Source of the DNA: Dehalococcoidia bacterium
GTDB taxonomy: Bacteria > Chloroflexota > Dehalococcoidia > UBA2979
Length of the DNA: 64,000 nucleotides
Assembly: GCA_041390685.1 (NCBI GenBank)
Contig: JAWKPL010000001.1
Span: forward strand, 2,545,269 to 2,609,268
Direction: 5' to 3'
Positions 1 to 9,895 of the stretch are shown piece by piece. Both the position numbers and the translations under genes were made by a program. Numbering within the stretch: the stretch's first letter is position 1; each line of letters begins with the position of its first letter. The notes under the pieces were generated by a model. That model did not search any database, was not told the DNA's origin, and worked only from the letters and a program-made list of their open reading frames with translations.

Positions 1-19
1 CCCCGGAGGACGTCAGCCT

Positions 20-1210
20 GTGAGCGTGTTTCGATTCCTCACCGCCGGGGAGTCCCATGGCAAAGGCCTCACCTCGATCGTCGAGGGCATCCCCGCCGGC
101 CTCCCGCTGACCGAAGACCAGATCGCCTCGGACCTCGCCCGGCGTCAGGGCGGCTACGGCCGCGGTCGCCGCCAGCAGATCGAGAAGGACCGCGCCGAGA
201 TTACCGCCGGCGTCCGCCATGGCCTGACCACCGGCGCGCCCATCGCCATGTGGGTCGTGAATGCGGACCACCAGAACGCCAACTGGCAGGTGCGCATGGC
301 TGTCGGCCCCGTGGATGAGGACGTCGAGCGCGTGACGTTGCTCCGTCCCGGCCACGCAGACCTCGCCGGCACCCAGAAGTACGGATTCGACGACGTCCGC
401 CCCATCCTCGAGCGCTCGAGCGCCCGCGAGACGACCCAGCGCGTCGCCGTCGGCGCCATCGCACGCGCCCTCCTCGCCGAAATCGGTATGGAAGTCCACT
501 CGCACGTCCTCGAGGTGGGCGACGTCGCGGCGCGCGTCCCGGACCGCATCGACTGGGCCGCCGTCGAAGCATCGCCCGTGCGCGTCGCCGATGCCGCCGC
601 CGAACCGAGGATGATCGCCGCCATCGACGCGGCGAAGGAGAACCTCGATAGCCTGGGCGGCGTCTTCGAGGTGCGCGCGAGCGGAGTACCCATCGGCCTC
701 GGCAGCCACGTGCAGTGGGACCGCCGCCTCGACGCGCGCATCGCCCAGGCGATGCTCTCCATCAACGCCGTCAAAGGCGTCGAGATCGGCGATGCCTTCG
801 CCAACGCCCGCAAGCCCGGCTCCGAGGTGCAGGACCTCATCCTGGCCGCCGATGCCTGGGAACGCCGCCCCTGGGAGCACGCCACCAACCGCGCGGGCGG
901 CCTCGAGGGCGGCATGTCGAACGGCGAAGAGATCGTCGTCCGTGCCGCGCTCAAGCCGATCTCGACGATCCCCCGCCGTCTTCCCTCCACCGACCTCCTG
1001 ACGGGTGCTGAGGCGACTGCTTTCTACGAGCGCGCCGACGCCTGCGTCGTGCCCGCGGCTGGCGTCATCGGTGAGGCGATGCTCGCCATCGTCCTCGCCG
1101 AAGCCGCGCTGGAGAAGTTCGGCGGCGACCACGTCCAGGAGTTCCGCCGCAACTGCGCCTCGTACCTCGCCACTGTCGGTCCCCGCGAACGGAAGGCCTC
1201 ACTGCCATGA
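20..1210 (+). CDS. aroC: chorismate synthase
   Basis: 396 aa. N-terminus MSVFRFLTAGESHGKGLTSIVEGIPAGLPL and overall length are typical of AroC. Stop overlaps start of next gene (ATGA). Confidence 0.93.
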   Translation: MSVFRFLTAGESHGKGLTSIVEGIPAGLPLTEDQIASDLARRQGGYGRGRRQQIEKDRAEITAGVRHGLTTGAPIAMWVVNADHQNANWQVRMAVGPVDEDVERVTLLRPGHADLAGTQKYGFDDVRPILERSSARETTQRVAVGAIARALLAEIGMEVHSHVLEVGDVAARVPDRIDWAAVEASPVRVADAAAEPRMIAAIDAAKENLDSLGGVFEVRASGVPIGLGSHVQWDRRLDARIAQAMLSINAVKGVEIGDAFANARKPGSEVQDLILAADAWERRPWEHATNRAGGLEGGMSNGEEIVVRAALKPISTIPRRLPSTDLLTGAEATAFYERADACVVPAAGVIGEAMLAIVLAEAALEKFGGDHVQEFRRNCASYLATVGPRERKASLP

Positions 1211-2907
1211 CGAGCGCCCCGGCCGAACCTTGCCGCCAGATCGTCCTCGTCGGGCTCTCCGGCGTCGGCAAGTCGACGATCGCCGAGATCCTCGCGCGCC
1301 GCCTCGGCTGGCCGCTCCTCGATACCGATGACCTGGTGAGAGACCGCCACGGCAGCTCCGCCGCCGAGCTCATCACCTCGAAGGGCGAGCCCGCCTTCCG
1401 TGAGATGGAGCGTGCCGTCGTGCACGAGGCGGCGCAGCGCACGCCCGCCGTCATCGCGACCGGCGGCGGTGCGTTCCAGCTCCCGGCCTCACGGCGCGTC
1501 CTCGGTGAGCGGGGCTTCATCTGCTACCTCGACGCCACCCCCGGCGAGATCGCCCGTCGCCTCCAGTCCAGCCCCGAGGCCAGCGACCGCCCCCTCCTCG
1601 CGGGCGAGGACGTCGAGGCGCGCCTGCAGGAACTCGATGCCGAGCGCCGCCAGGCCTACAGCCACGCCGACCTCTGGGTGCCAGTCCAGGGCCTCGATGC
1701 GGAAGCCGCGGCCGCCCGCATCCTCCACACGTGGGCCACCGAGTCCGACCGCCTCCGCGCGACGCCGCTCCGCCTCGACCGCCTCGGCGCGCCACGCCCC
1801 TCGGCTGTCCCCGAGGCGCTCGTCGACACCGGTCAGGACCGCTATCCGATCTGGATCGGCCCGGGACAGCTCGGCCGGCTCCCCGAACGCCTGCGCCTGC
1901 TCGGTCTCAGCGGCCGCGTCTTCCTCGTCTCCGACGCTAACGTCATCGAGGCGCACGGCATGCGCATCGCCCAGGCCCTCGACGGTGCGGGCATCCCGGG
2001 AGCCTCCTACATCGTCCCCGCGGGCGAAGCGTCGAAGACGCTCCGCGTCGCCGACGAACTGTACCGCTGGCTTGCCAGCCAGCGCGCCGAACGTCGCGAT
2101 GTCGTACTCGCCCTCGGCGGCGGCGTCGTCGGCGATCTCGCTGGGTACGTGGCCGCCACCTACCTTCGCGGGATGCCTCTCATCCAGGCTCCAACCTCAA
2201 CGCTCGCGATGAACGACGCGGCGATCGGCGGCAAGGTCGCGGTCGACCTGCCCGCCGGCAAGAACCTCGTCGGCGCCTTCCACCAGCCACATGCCGTCAT
2301 CGCCGACACCGACACCCTCCGCACCCTGCCGAGGCGTTCCTACACCGAGGGCTTCGGCGAGGTGATCAAACACGCGCTCATCCTGGACCCCATGCTCCTG
2401 CGCGACCTCGAGCGTCACGCCGGGTCGCTCGCCGCGGGTAGCCCCGAGCCCGAGGTCCTCGCGAGCGTCTTCACGCGCTCCGCGCGTCTGAAGGCCCTCG
2501 TCGTCTCGGCCGATCCGATGGAGCGCGGACTGCGCGCCATCCTCAACTACGGCCACACGATCGCCCACGGCATCGAGGCCGCGACCGGCTACGGCGGCGA
2601 TTACCTCCACGGCGAAGCCGTCGCGGTCGGCATGATGGGAGCCGCGCGCATCGCCGTCCGCATGGGCCTGCTCGACGAGGAGATCCTCGCCCGTCAGGGA
2701 GATGTCCTCCGTGCCTTCGGTCTGCCGCTGACGGCTCCTGGCGTCTCCGCCAGCGCCGTCCTCGAAGCGATGCGCATGGACAAGAAGGTCGTTGCCGGGA
2801 AGCTCCGCTTCGTTCTGCTCGAAGACATCGGCCGTCCGGTCATCCGCGACGATGTCCCGGAGGATCTCGTAGGCGAGGTGGTGCGCGCGTTGGTCGCAAG
2901 CTCGTGA
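1207..2907 (+). CDS. aroK-aroB: bifunctional shikimate kinase / 3-dehydroquinate synthase
   Basis: N-terminus has P-loop LVGLSGVGKSTIAEILARRLGW (shikimate kinase). C-terminal 360 aa has DHQ synthase motifs (GGGVVGDLAGYVAATYLRGMPLIQAPTSTLAMNDAAIGGKVAV, NYGHTIAHGIE). Confidence 0.88.
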   Translation: MTSAPAEPCRQIVLVGLSGVGKSTIAEILARRLGWPLLDTDDLVRDRHGSSAAELITSKGEPAFREMERAVVHEAAQRTPAVIATGGGAFQLPASRRVLGERGFICYLDATPGEIARRLQSSPEASDRPLLAGEDVEARLQELDAERRQAYSHADLWVPVQGLDAEAAAARILHTWATESDRLRATPLRLDRLGAPRPSAVPEALVDTGQDRYPIWIGPGQLGRLPERLRLLGLSGRVFLVSDANVIEAHGMRIAQALDGAGIPGASYIVPAGEASKTLRVADELYRWLASQRAERRDVVLALGGGVVGDLAGYVAATYLRGMPLIQAPTSTLAMNDAAIGGKVAVDLPAGKNLVGAFHQPHAVIADTDTLRTLPRRSYTEGFGEVIKHALILDPMLLRDLERHAGSLAAGSPEPEVLASVFTRSARLKALVVSADPMERGLRAILNYGHTIAHGIEAATGYGGDYLHGEAVAVGMMGAARIAVRMGLLDEEILARQGDVLRAFGLPLTAPGVSASAVLEAMRMDKKVVAGKLRFVLLEDIGRPVIRDDVPEDLVGEVVRALVASS

Positions 2908-2926
2908 CAGTCGCGGGGACCCGTCG

Positions 2927-3220
2927 GTGACGGCGTACCGTCGGCGCCGGCGCATCGTCGCCAAGGCCACCGGCCGCGTGCAGGGCGTCGGCTACCGCGC
3001 CTTCTGCGCCCACGAGGCGACGCGGCTGCTGATCGAGGGCTACGCGAAGAACCTCCCGGACGGCCGCACCGTCGAGGTCGTTGCCGAGGCGGACGAGCCC
3101 ACGCTCCGCACCTTCGTCGAGCGTCTGCGCGAAGGCCCGTCGATGGCCCATGTCGCTGGCGTCACGTTCCGCTGGGAAGAATCCACAGGCGAGTTCGTCG
3201 GCTTCGAAGCGGTCATCTGA
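2927..3220 (+). CDS. acyP: acylphosphatase
   Basis: 97 aa. VQGVGYRAFCAHEA...GYAKNLPDGRTVEVVAEADEP...GPSMAHVAGV matches the acylphosphatase signature. Confidence 0.8.
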   Translation: MTAYRRRRRIVAKATGRVQGVGYRAFCAHEATRLLIEGYAKNLPDGRTVEVVAEADEPTLRTFVERLREGPSMAHVAGVTFRWEESTGEFVGFEAVI

Positions 3221-3324
3221 GGCTCGCTGCGCCCCGATCGCTGACCCGGTTAGTCAGTCGCTGTGGTAGGCTCCCCTTCGCGCCATTCGCCGTCGCACCT
3301 GCATCAAGTTCGAAGGGGGATCGA

Positions 3325-4575
3325 ATGCTCGTCCAACGTGCCCGCCGGCTGCTGCTCCTGACTCCGCTGCTCGCACTCGTCCTCGGACTCGCTGCTGCCT
3401 GTTCCGACGACGGCAGCGATGACGAGTTGCCGCTCACGATCGGCGCGCTGGTCCCCCTCACCGGCTCGCTCGCCTCGTACGGTGCAGCCAGCCAGGCCGC
3501 CCTCAAGCTCGCCGCCGAGACCATCAACAGCGGCTCGGGCTCCGAGGTCAACCTCCTCATCGAGGACACCGAGACCGACCCGCAGACCGCCCTCGCGAAG
3601 CTCGAATCCCTCCATGGACGTGGTGCGAAGGTCGTCATCGGCCCCTTCGCGAGTTCCGAGGTGAACGCCGTGAAGAAGTTCGCGGACGACAACGGCATCG
3701 TCCTCGTCAGCCCCCTGAGCACCGCGCGCTCCCTCGCCGTCCCGGACGACAACGTCTTCCGCTTCACGCCCGATGACGACAAGGAGGGCCACGCCGCCGC
3801 CGCGCTCGCCTGGGCGGACGGTATCCGCACCATCATCGCCGTCAGCCGCAACGACGAGGGCAATCTCGGTCTGCAGACCGCGATGAAGGCCTCCTTCGAG
3901 AAGCTCGGCGGGAAGGTCGTGACGGGCGTGACCTATCCCGCATCCGAGACCGAGTTCTCGGACGAGATGCGTTCCGTCGCGCAGGCGCTCTCCGGCGCGA
4001 ACGGGACCGGCGGGACGGTCGGCATCTACCTCACCGCCTTTGCAGAGGTCACAGGCGTCTTCAATGCCGCGAACACGATTCCCGCCCTGCAGACCGTGAA
4101 GTGGTACGGCAGCGACAGCGTCGCGCTGAGCGCTGACCTCGTCGCCGACGAGACCGCGGCGGCCTTCGCCATGGCGGCCTACTACCCGAACCCGATCCTC
4201 GGCCTCGACGAGGCCGATGAGGCTCGGTGGAGCCCCATCCAGCAGCAACTCGCATCGACCCTCGGGCGCCAGCCCGACAGCTTCGCCCTCGCCGCGTACG
4301 ACGCGCTGATGGTCGCCCGCGAGGCACTGACCGACGCTGGCGGCGATGATGCCGCCATCGACGACATCAAGCGCGAGTTCGTCTCCGTGGCCAACGAGCA
4401 CGAGGGCCTGACCGGCCCGACGAAGCTGAACGCCGCGGGCGACCGCGACATCGCTATCTACGACTTCTGGGCCGTCTGCCGCGAGGACGGGGAGTACTTC
4501 TGGTACCGCGCCGCGACGCACGTGGCGGAAGGCGAGGGGAGCATCAGCCGCCCCGAGAAGTGCGAGGCGTCGTAG
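3325..4575 (+). CDS. ABC transporter substrate-binding lipoprotein (branched-chain amino acid / type I periplasmic binding fold)
   Basis: 416 aa. Signal peptide plus lipobox (LLALVLGLAAACSDD). Periplasmic-binding-protein-like composition. No cognate permease in window. Confidence 0.7.
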   Translation: MLVQRARRLLLLTPLLALVLGLAAACSDDGSDDELPLTIGALVPLTGSLASYGAASQAALKLAAETINSGSGSEVNLLIEDTETDPQTALAKLESLHGRGAKVVIGPFASSEVNAVKKFADDNGIVLVSPLSTARSLAVPDDNVFRFTPDDDKEGHAAAALAWADGIRTIIAVSRNDEGNLGLQTAMKASFEKLGGKVVTGVTYPASETEFSDEMRSVAQALSGANGTGGTVGIYLTAFAEVTGVFNAANTIPALQTVKWYGSDSVALSADLVADETAAAFAMAAYYPNPILGLDEADEARWSPIQQQLASTLGRQPDSFALAAYDALMVAREALTDAGGDDAAIDDIKREFVSVANEHEGLTGPTKLNAAGDRDIAIYDFWAVCREDGEYFWYRAATHVAEGEGSISRPEKCEAS

Positions 4576-4585
4576 CCCGCTCGCC

Positions 4586-5119
4586 CTACCGGCCGCGCAG
4601 ACGGTCGATGAACCCCCGCCGGCGGCTCGTCGGCGGGGGTTCGCTGTTCCCTGCATCCAGCACGCGCGCCTCGATGAGATCCGCGAGCCCGCCCGTCTCA
4701 CCTGGGCCGAATACCGCGAAGTCCCCGAGCAGGCGAGCCGACGAGACGACCGCCAGGAGATCCTCTCGCGGCGTGGCCGGCATCCCGCCGCCTCCCCCCG
4801 ATATCTCGACGGTCGGGAGGCCGGGGCCGCTGAACCCCTCGGCGATCAGCAGGTCCAGGTTCGGGTCGAGCGCGCGCACGAACGAAGGCAATTCGCCCGC
4901 CTCGAACGCTCGCGCCACCGTCACGCGCCCGCCGTTCGGAAGCGTCGCCACCGTCGTCGAGGCATCGCGCAGCACCGCCGAGGCGACACGCCTGCCTCGC
5001 TGCCGAAACGCCTCGGTCAGCGACACGGTCAGCAACGATTTCCCGGAGGCGGGCGGCCCAACGATGCAGACCAGCGCCGGCCCGCTCACGACGGTCCGGT
5101 CATAACGGCAGGGGCGCAC
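4586..5119 (-). CDS. mobB: molybdopterin-guanine dinucleotide biosynthesis adapter protein MobB
   Basis: 177 aa with P-loop VCIVGPPASGKSLLTVSL. Overlaps 3' end of moeA (operon). Confidence 0.8.
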   Translation of the reverse strand: MRPCRYDRTVVSGPALVCIVGPPASGKSLLTVSLTEAFRQRGRRVASAVLRDASTTVATLPNGGRVTVARAFEAGELPSFVRALDPNLDLLIAEGFSGPGLPTVEISGGGGGMPATPREDLLAVVSSARLLGDFAVFGPGETGGLADLIEARVLDAGNSEPPPTSRRRGFIDRLRGR

Positions 5120-6404
5120 CGAGCAGAATCACGTCGCACTCCCCGCCGCTTTCGATGCTCGCGACGTCCTCCGGCACGATCGCGTACCCGTTCGCAAGTG
5201 CCATCGAAGTCAGCACGCCCGAACCCTGCGGCCCCGTGAGATTCACGACGTAAGAGTTACCGTCGGACCTGACAATCGCGCGCGCGAAAAATCGCCGCGG
5301 GTCCGGATTCACGATGCGGTCACGAGTGACCGCGCGCACCATCGGTCGCGCCCACCCGTCCGCCTTGCCGAGCAGCGTGAACAGAGCCGGTCGTCCGAAT
5401 AACTCGAAGGTCATCAAGGCTGACACCGGATTGCCCGGCAGTCCGAGGTGGGGGACCGTCCGCTCGCCCGCTCGGAATGTCCCGAAGGCCAGCGGCTTCC
5501 CGGGGCGCATCCGCACGGTCCAGAAGCCGACCTCCCCTTCGCGGGCAAGGACCTCCTTGACCACGTCGAAGTCGCCGCGCGACACCCCCGCCGAGGTGAT
5601 CAGCAGGTCGGCCGTCTCGAGCGCCTCGTGAATGCGCTCAGTGAGCGCCTCGACGCTGTCGCGCGCGACCTCGAGGATGGTCGGGATGCCGCCGCAGTCG
5701 CGCACCGCCGCCGCGAGCCCGAACGCGTTCGAGTCGTAGATCTTGCCCGGCTGCAGCGGCTCCCCGGGGCGCAATAGTTCGTCACCGGTCGAGAGCACTG
5801 CCACCCGCGGCCGCCGGTGCACCGGCGCGCAGTCGAGGCCCAGTGATGCGAGGACGCCGATCTGCGCCGGCCCCAGCACGGTTCCTGCGGGCAGCACCAC
5901 CTCGCCCGCCCGTACATCCTCGCCGGCGTGGCGGATGTTCGCGCCAGCCCCGGCCGCAACGTCGATGCGCACGCGCCCACGAGGCGCTTCGCTCCACCGC
6001 CCGTGCTCCTGCTCGTCTGTCTCCTCGAACGGCACGACCGCATCCGCGCCCTCGGGGATCGGCGCCCCGGTCATGATGCGCACGGCCTCGCCCGCACCCA
6101 CAGTCCCCTCGAAGACGGAACCTGCCGCGAGGTAGCCCGTCACGCGCAGTTCGCGTGGCGTCGAGGTGGTCGCCCCCTCGGTGTCGGCGGCGCGCACGGC
6201 ATAGCCGTCCATGCTCGTGTTCGCCATCGGCGGGATGTTGAAGCCGCTCCGCACGTCCTCGGCCAGCACCTGCCCGAGGGCCTCCGTGAGCAGCGCCTGC
6301 TCAGTCGGCAGCGGCGCAAAGTGTTCCAGGATGCGCGCGCGCGCCTCCTCGACCGAGATCATCCCGCTCGGCCCGGGCGCCCCATGGTGCGCGATCGTCG
6401 TCAT
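5100..6404 (-). CDS. moeA: molybdopterin molybdotransferase MoeA
   Basis: 434 aa. MoeA N, linker, MoCF-biosynthesis and C-terminal domains recognisable (GMISVEEARARILEH..., SGDELL..PGKIYDSN). Confidence 0.9.
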   Translation of the reverse strand: MTTIAHHGAPGPSGMISVEEARARILEHFAPLPTEQALLTEALGQVLAEDVRSGFNIPPMANTSMDGYAVRAADTEGATTSTPRELRVTGYLAAGSVFEGTVGAGEAVRIMTGAPIPEGADAVVPFEETDEQEHGRWSEAPRGRVRIDVAAGAGANIRHAGEDVRAGEVVLPAGTVLGPAQIGVLASLGLDCAPVHRRPRVAVLSTGDELLRPGEPLQPGKIYDSNAFGLAAAVRDCGGIPTILEVARDSVEALTERIHEALETADLLITSAGVSRGDFDVVKEVLAREGEVGFWTVRMRPGKPLAFGTFRAGERTVPHLGLPGNPVSALMTFELFGRPALFTLLGKADGWARPMVRAVTRDRIVNPDPRRFFARAIVRSDGNSYVVNLTGPQGSGVLTSMALANGYAIVPEDVASIESGGECDVILLGAPLPL

Positions 6405-6443
6405 CCGTCGTGTCTCGTGGGCGCGGTCATCAGAGCGGCTGGG

Positions 6444-6698
6444 CTAGCCGAGCTGCACCGACAGGCACGTGGTGGTCCGCTGCACGCCGGGCACCCGCTG
6501 GATGTCCTCCGTGATGCACTTCCCGAGCAGGTCGAGGTCGTCCGCCTCGAGTTGCACGATCACGTCGAACGGGCCGGTGACGGTGTCCACCGCCAGCACC
6601 CGCGCCAGCGTCGGCGCGAGGTCGCGCATCGCGCGCCCCACCGCCTGTGTCCGCCCGACTTCCGTCTCTACCAGGATGTAGCCCCGAATCGGCATCAA
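6444..6698 (-). CDS. stand-alone Lrp/AsnC-type ligand-binding (RAM) domain protein
   Basis: 84 aa. MMPIRGYILVETEVGRTQAVGRAMRDLAPTLARVLAVDTVTGPFDVIVQLEADDLDLLGKCITEDIQRVPGVQRTTT is an AsnC C-terminal-like beta-alpha-beta-beta-alpha-beta domain without a DNA-binding HTH. Confidence 0.6.
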   Translation of the reverse strand: MMPIRGYILVETEVGRTQAVGRAMRDLAPTLARVLAVDTVTGPFDVIVQLEADDLDLLGKCITEDIQRVPGVQRTTTCLSVQLG

Positions 6699-6784
6699 GC
6701 GACCTTTCAGTGGTCATGGCTGTCTCTGGCTGATTGTACGGGAGGCCGCCCCCGCCTGACCGCCCCTCCCGCCCCCGACCGCGC

Positions 6785-8008
6785 TCACCCGGCGAACGCC
6801 GCGGTCGCTCCCTTCGAGGTGTTGCGACGGTGTGCCCGTAGCCACAGCGGTCCGATGGCCAGTGCGCCGGCGGCGAGCGACACGCCGAGCAGCGCGAACG
6901 CCGCCGGCAGGCCCTCCCGGTCCGCCACTGCGCCCACGACCGGACCCAGCGGCGCGATGAACAGACCCCGCGACAGCGATTCGAGTGAGAGCACCGTCGC
7001 ACGCTGCTCCGAGGGCACCCGCCGGTTCACATACCCGGTCGTCAGCGGGATGATTGTCGACTCCAGCAGCGCCAGCACCGGGATGAACGCGAACGCTGCC
7101 AGCGTCGGCGTCGCCGCGAGGCCCGCGTACGCGGCCACCCCGCCCGCCCCGAGGATCGCCAGGAACGTCACCTCGCCTGTACGTCGGAGCACCGCCGCCA
7201 CCACGAACGCCCCCACCGCGGCCGCCGCCCACGGCACCACCTGCAACGAGGAGAACGCCACGCCCACCTCGACGCCGCGGTCCAGCAGCAGCGGCTGAAC
7301 GAGGTACATCACGGCCCCCATCGCGGCGCTCAGCGCCCCGCCCAGCGCCACGAGCCACCGCAGCGCGTGATCGTGCCAGCTCAGCCGGAACGCGATCGCG
7401 ATGTTGTTGAAGTACCGCGTCACCACCCCCGCCGGAGCGCGGTGAGGCGCCTCGATCATCGCGAATGCGATGACCGCCGCGACGAGGGTCACTCCGACGC
7501 CCGCGAAGATCGTGAACTGCACGCTTGTCAGCACAGCCAGCGGTCCGCCAATCGCCGTCGCGACCGCGGCGCCGACCCACACCAGCGCCTCCCCGCGCCC
7601 CGCGTGACGCTCGTACTCGTCCTCCCGGCCCAGCGCCTGCAGCGTGTCGTACAACAGCGCGAGGTCCGCGCCCGACATCAGTGCCGCCGACACCGCCCAC
7701 AACATGAACGACGCGAGCAGCACCGGGAACGACGTCGTGAACGCAAACAGCACCAGCGCGAGCGCAAGCACCACGCAGCCCAGCCCCACCGACAGTGACC
7801 GCCCCCAGCGGTCCGCCACGGCCCCCGTCGGCACCTCGAGTAGCACCGTCGCGAGGAAATAGAGCCCGTCCGCACCCGTCACCTCGGCCAGCGAGAAGCC
7901 CTGCTCGACCGTGAGGTACACGATCCACACGGGGATCCATACCTGCGCGTCGCGCAGGAACCGGTACAGGTAGAACAGGCGGATGTTCATCTCGAGCGAG
8001 CGGCGCAT
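6785..8008 (-). CDS. MFS transporter
   Basis: 407 aa, about 12 predicted hydrophobic helices, MFS-like loop motifs (VADRWGRSLSVGLG). Confidence 0.8.
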   Translation of the reverse strand: MRRSLEMNIRLFYLYRFLRDAQVWIPVWIVYLTVEQGFSLAEVTGADGLYFLATVLLEVPTGAVADRWGRSLSVGLGCVVLALALVLFAFTTSFPVLLASFMLWAVSAALMSGADLALLYDTLQALGREDEYERHAGRGEALVWVGAAVATAIGGPLAVLTSVQFTIFAGVGVTLVAAVIAFAMIEAPHRAPAGVVTRYFNNIAIAFRLSWHDHALRWLVALGGALSAAMGAVMYLVQPLLLDRGVEVGVAFSSLQVVPWAAAAVGAFVVAAVLRRTGEVTFLAILGAGGVAAYAGLAATPTLAAFAFIPVLALLESTIIPLTTGYVNRRVPSEQRATVLSLESLSRGLFIAPLGPVVGAVADREGLPAAFALLGVSLAAGALAIGPLWLRAHRRNTSKGATAAFAG

Positions 8009-8053
8009 GCCGTCTACTCTAGCCGCTGTCCCCCGCGCCCTGCCCCCAACGGC

Positions 8054-9136
8054 TTGCTGCCGCTACACTGCCCCTCGATGACTGCCACCGGTCCGGCCGC
8101 CAGCCTCGAGGAAATCGCACGCGACGCCCGCGACGGTCTCGCAGCCGCCGAGGACGAACGCGCCCTCGAAGTGTGGCGCACCGCCACGCTCGGTCGCAGC
8201 GGCACCCTCACCTCGGTCCTCCGCAGTCTCGGCGGCCTCCCGCCCGAGGAGCGCCGGGCGGTGGGCGAGGCCGCCAACCGCGTGAAGGACGAACTCGAGG
8301 CAGCGCTCGCGGCGCGCCGCGAGGCCCTCCGTGCCGCGGCGCTTGCTGCCCAGGTCGCCGCGGGCGCCGTCGACGTCACCCTGCCCGGCCGCCCCGTGAT
8401 GCGCGGCGGCCTGCACCCCGTCACCCGCACCAGGCGCGAGATCCTCGCCGCCTTCACCCGCATGGGCTTCGATACCGTCGAGGGCCCCGAGGTCGAGCTC
8501 GACGAGTACAACTTCGAGCGCCTGCGCATCCCCGCCGACCACCCCGCCCGCGACATGTGGGACACCTTCTGGCTCTCCTACGAGGTCGGCGGTGTCCGTC
8601 CCATGCTCTTGCGCACGCACACGTCGCCCATGCAGGTCCGCCACATGGAGACCCACGAGCCGCCCATCCGGATCGCCGTCCCGGGACGCTGCTACCGCTA
8701 CGAGGCCACGGACGCCACCCACGAGTGGATGCTCCAGCAGGTCGAGCTGCTCGTGGTCGGCGAGGGTGTCTCGATGGCACAGCTGAAGGGGACGCTCCAG
8801 GAGTTCGCCCGTCAGATCTTCGGCGCCGAGACCCGCGTGCTCCTCCGCAACTCGTATTTCCCCTTCGTCGAGCCCGGCGTCGAGCTGGCCGTCTCCTGCT
8901 TCGCCTGCCCCGGCACCGATCCCGCCTGCTCCGTGTGCCGCGGCTCCGGCTGGCTTGAGATCATGGGCGCCGGGATGGTGCACCCCGAGATCCTCGCCGC
9001 CGCCGGCTACGACACCGAGCGCTACACGGGCTTCGCTGCCGGCATGGGCGTCGAGCGCATCGCCATGCTCAAGTACGGCGTCGAGGACATCCGTCATTTC
9101 TACGCCAACGACCTCCGTTTCCTCGCTCAGTTCTGA
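8054..9136 (+). CDS. pheS: phenylalanine--tRNA ligase alpha subunit
   Basis: 360 aa. Class II aaRS motifs (FDTVEGPEVELDEYNFERLRIPADHPARDMWDTFW, GAGMVHPEIL). No pheT follows. Confidence 0.95.
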   Translation: MLPLHCPSMTATGPAASLEEIARDARDGLAAAEDERALEVWRTATLGRSGTLTSVLRSLGGLPPEERRAVGEAANRVKDELEAALAARREALRAAALAAQVAAGAVDVTLPGRPVMRGGLHPVTRTRREILAAFTRMGFDTVEGPEVELDEYNFERLRIPADHPARDMWDTFWLSYEVGGVRPMLLRTHTSPMQVRHMETHEPPIRIAVPGRCYRYEATDATHEWMLQQVELLVVGEGVSMAQLKGTLQEFARQIFGAETRVLLRNSYFPFVEPGVELAVSCFACPGTDPACSVCRGSGWLEIMGAGMVHPEILAAAGYDTERYTGFAAGMGVERIAMLKYGVEDIRHFYANDLRFLAQF

Positions 9137-9149
9137 CGCCGGGGACCGC

Positions 9150-9647
9150 ATGGCGCAGTCGAACGCGCAGTCCGGCATCCGCCTCGAGTTGCTCTGGCTC
9201 CTCGCACTCCTGCTCTCGCTCCTGGCCGTCGTGACATGGCGCTTCGCGCTCGCCCCCGGCGACGACGAGCCCGCCGCGGGTGCCGCCACCGCCACGCCGG
9301 CCGCAACCTCCGCCGCGGTCCGCGTGTGCGGCGAGGAGGTCGACAGCCCTGGCTCCGAACTGAACCTCGCGGCCCGCGAGTGTCTGCTTGCCGCGGCGCC
9401 CACGGGCGAGCGCGTCGACTTCACCACCACCCGCTTCACTGTCGAGGGCCAGCCCGTATACTGGCGCGTCCGCGTCCTCGCCTGGGGGGACATCGAGGTC
9501 ACCATCGACAACCGCGCGGATGAGTTTTCCGGCCCTGCGCGCCGCCGCATCCTCACCCACCGCTGCACCTCGCTCGCACGCTCCGCGACTGAGGAACACC
9601 GCATCGATGTGCTCGGCTGCACCGGCGGCGAAAGCCTCACCTTCTAG
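9150..9647 (+). CDS. hypothetical membrane-anchored/secreted protein
   Basis: 165 aa from ATG at 9150. N-terminal hydrophobic helix LELLWLLALLLSLLAVVTW. No recognisable domain. Confidence 0.45.
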   Translation: MAQSNAQSGIRLELLWLLALLLSLLAVVTWRFALAPGDDEPAAGAATATPAATSAAVRVCGEEVDSPGSELNLAARECLLAAAPTGERVDFTTTRFTVEGQPVYWRVRVLAWGDIEVTIDNRADEFSGPARRRILTHRCTSLARSATEEHRIDVLGCTGGESLTF

Positions 9648-9895
9648 TCCGGCAGGCCGTCGGACGAGGTCTCATCGCCAGGCACAACAACACGGATAGA
9701 AATGTCGGAAGTAATCGCACAGCGCCCGAAGTGCGGACGTGATAAAGAAACGCATCTCCGTCAACACGATCGATGGTGAATATTTGACTTTGTGATGGGT
9801 AAACCACCGCAACCGTCGATCGTGATTTGAAGTTATCCATCCGCAGCAATTACGGTTTCTCGCGCGGCAACACGCATTTCCAGAGGGGAGACCAT

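Noticed and set aside
154-990. Numerous long antisense or overlapping ORFs in the six-frame track, e.g. 154-990(-), 1400-2212(+), 3304-4701(-), 5928-7298(+), 6714-7940(-), 8063-9640(-), 9899-11422(-), 14143-15057(-), 16311-17492(-), 38588-40882(-), 42713-44482(-), 44729-46378(-), 52764-55259(-)
   Set aside because: High GC genomes yield long spurious open frames. These overlap well-supported genes on the other strand or frame and have low-complexity Arg/Ala/Gly/Pro-rich translations with no motifs.
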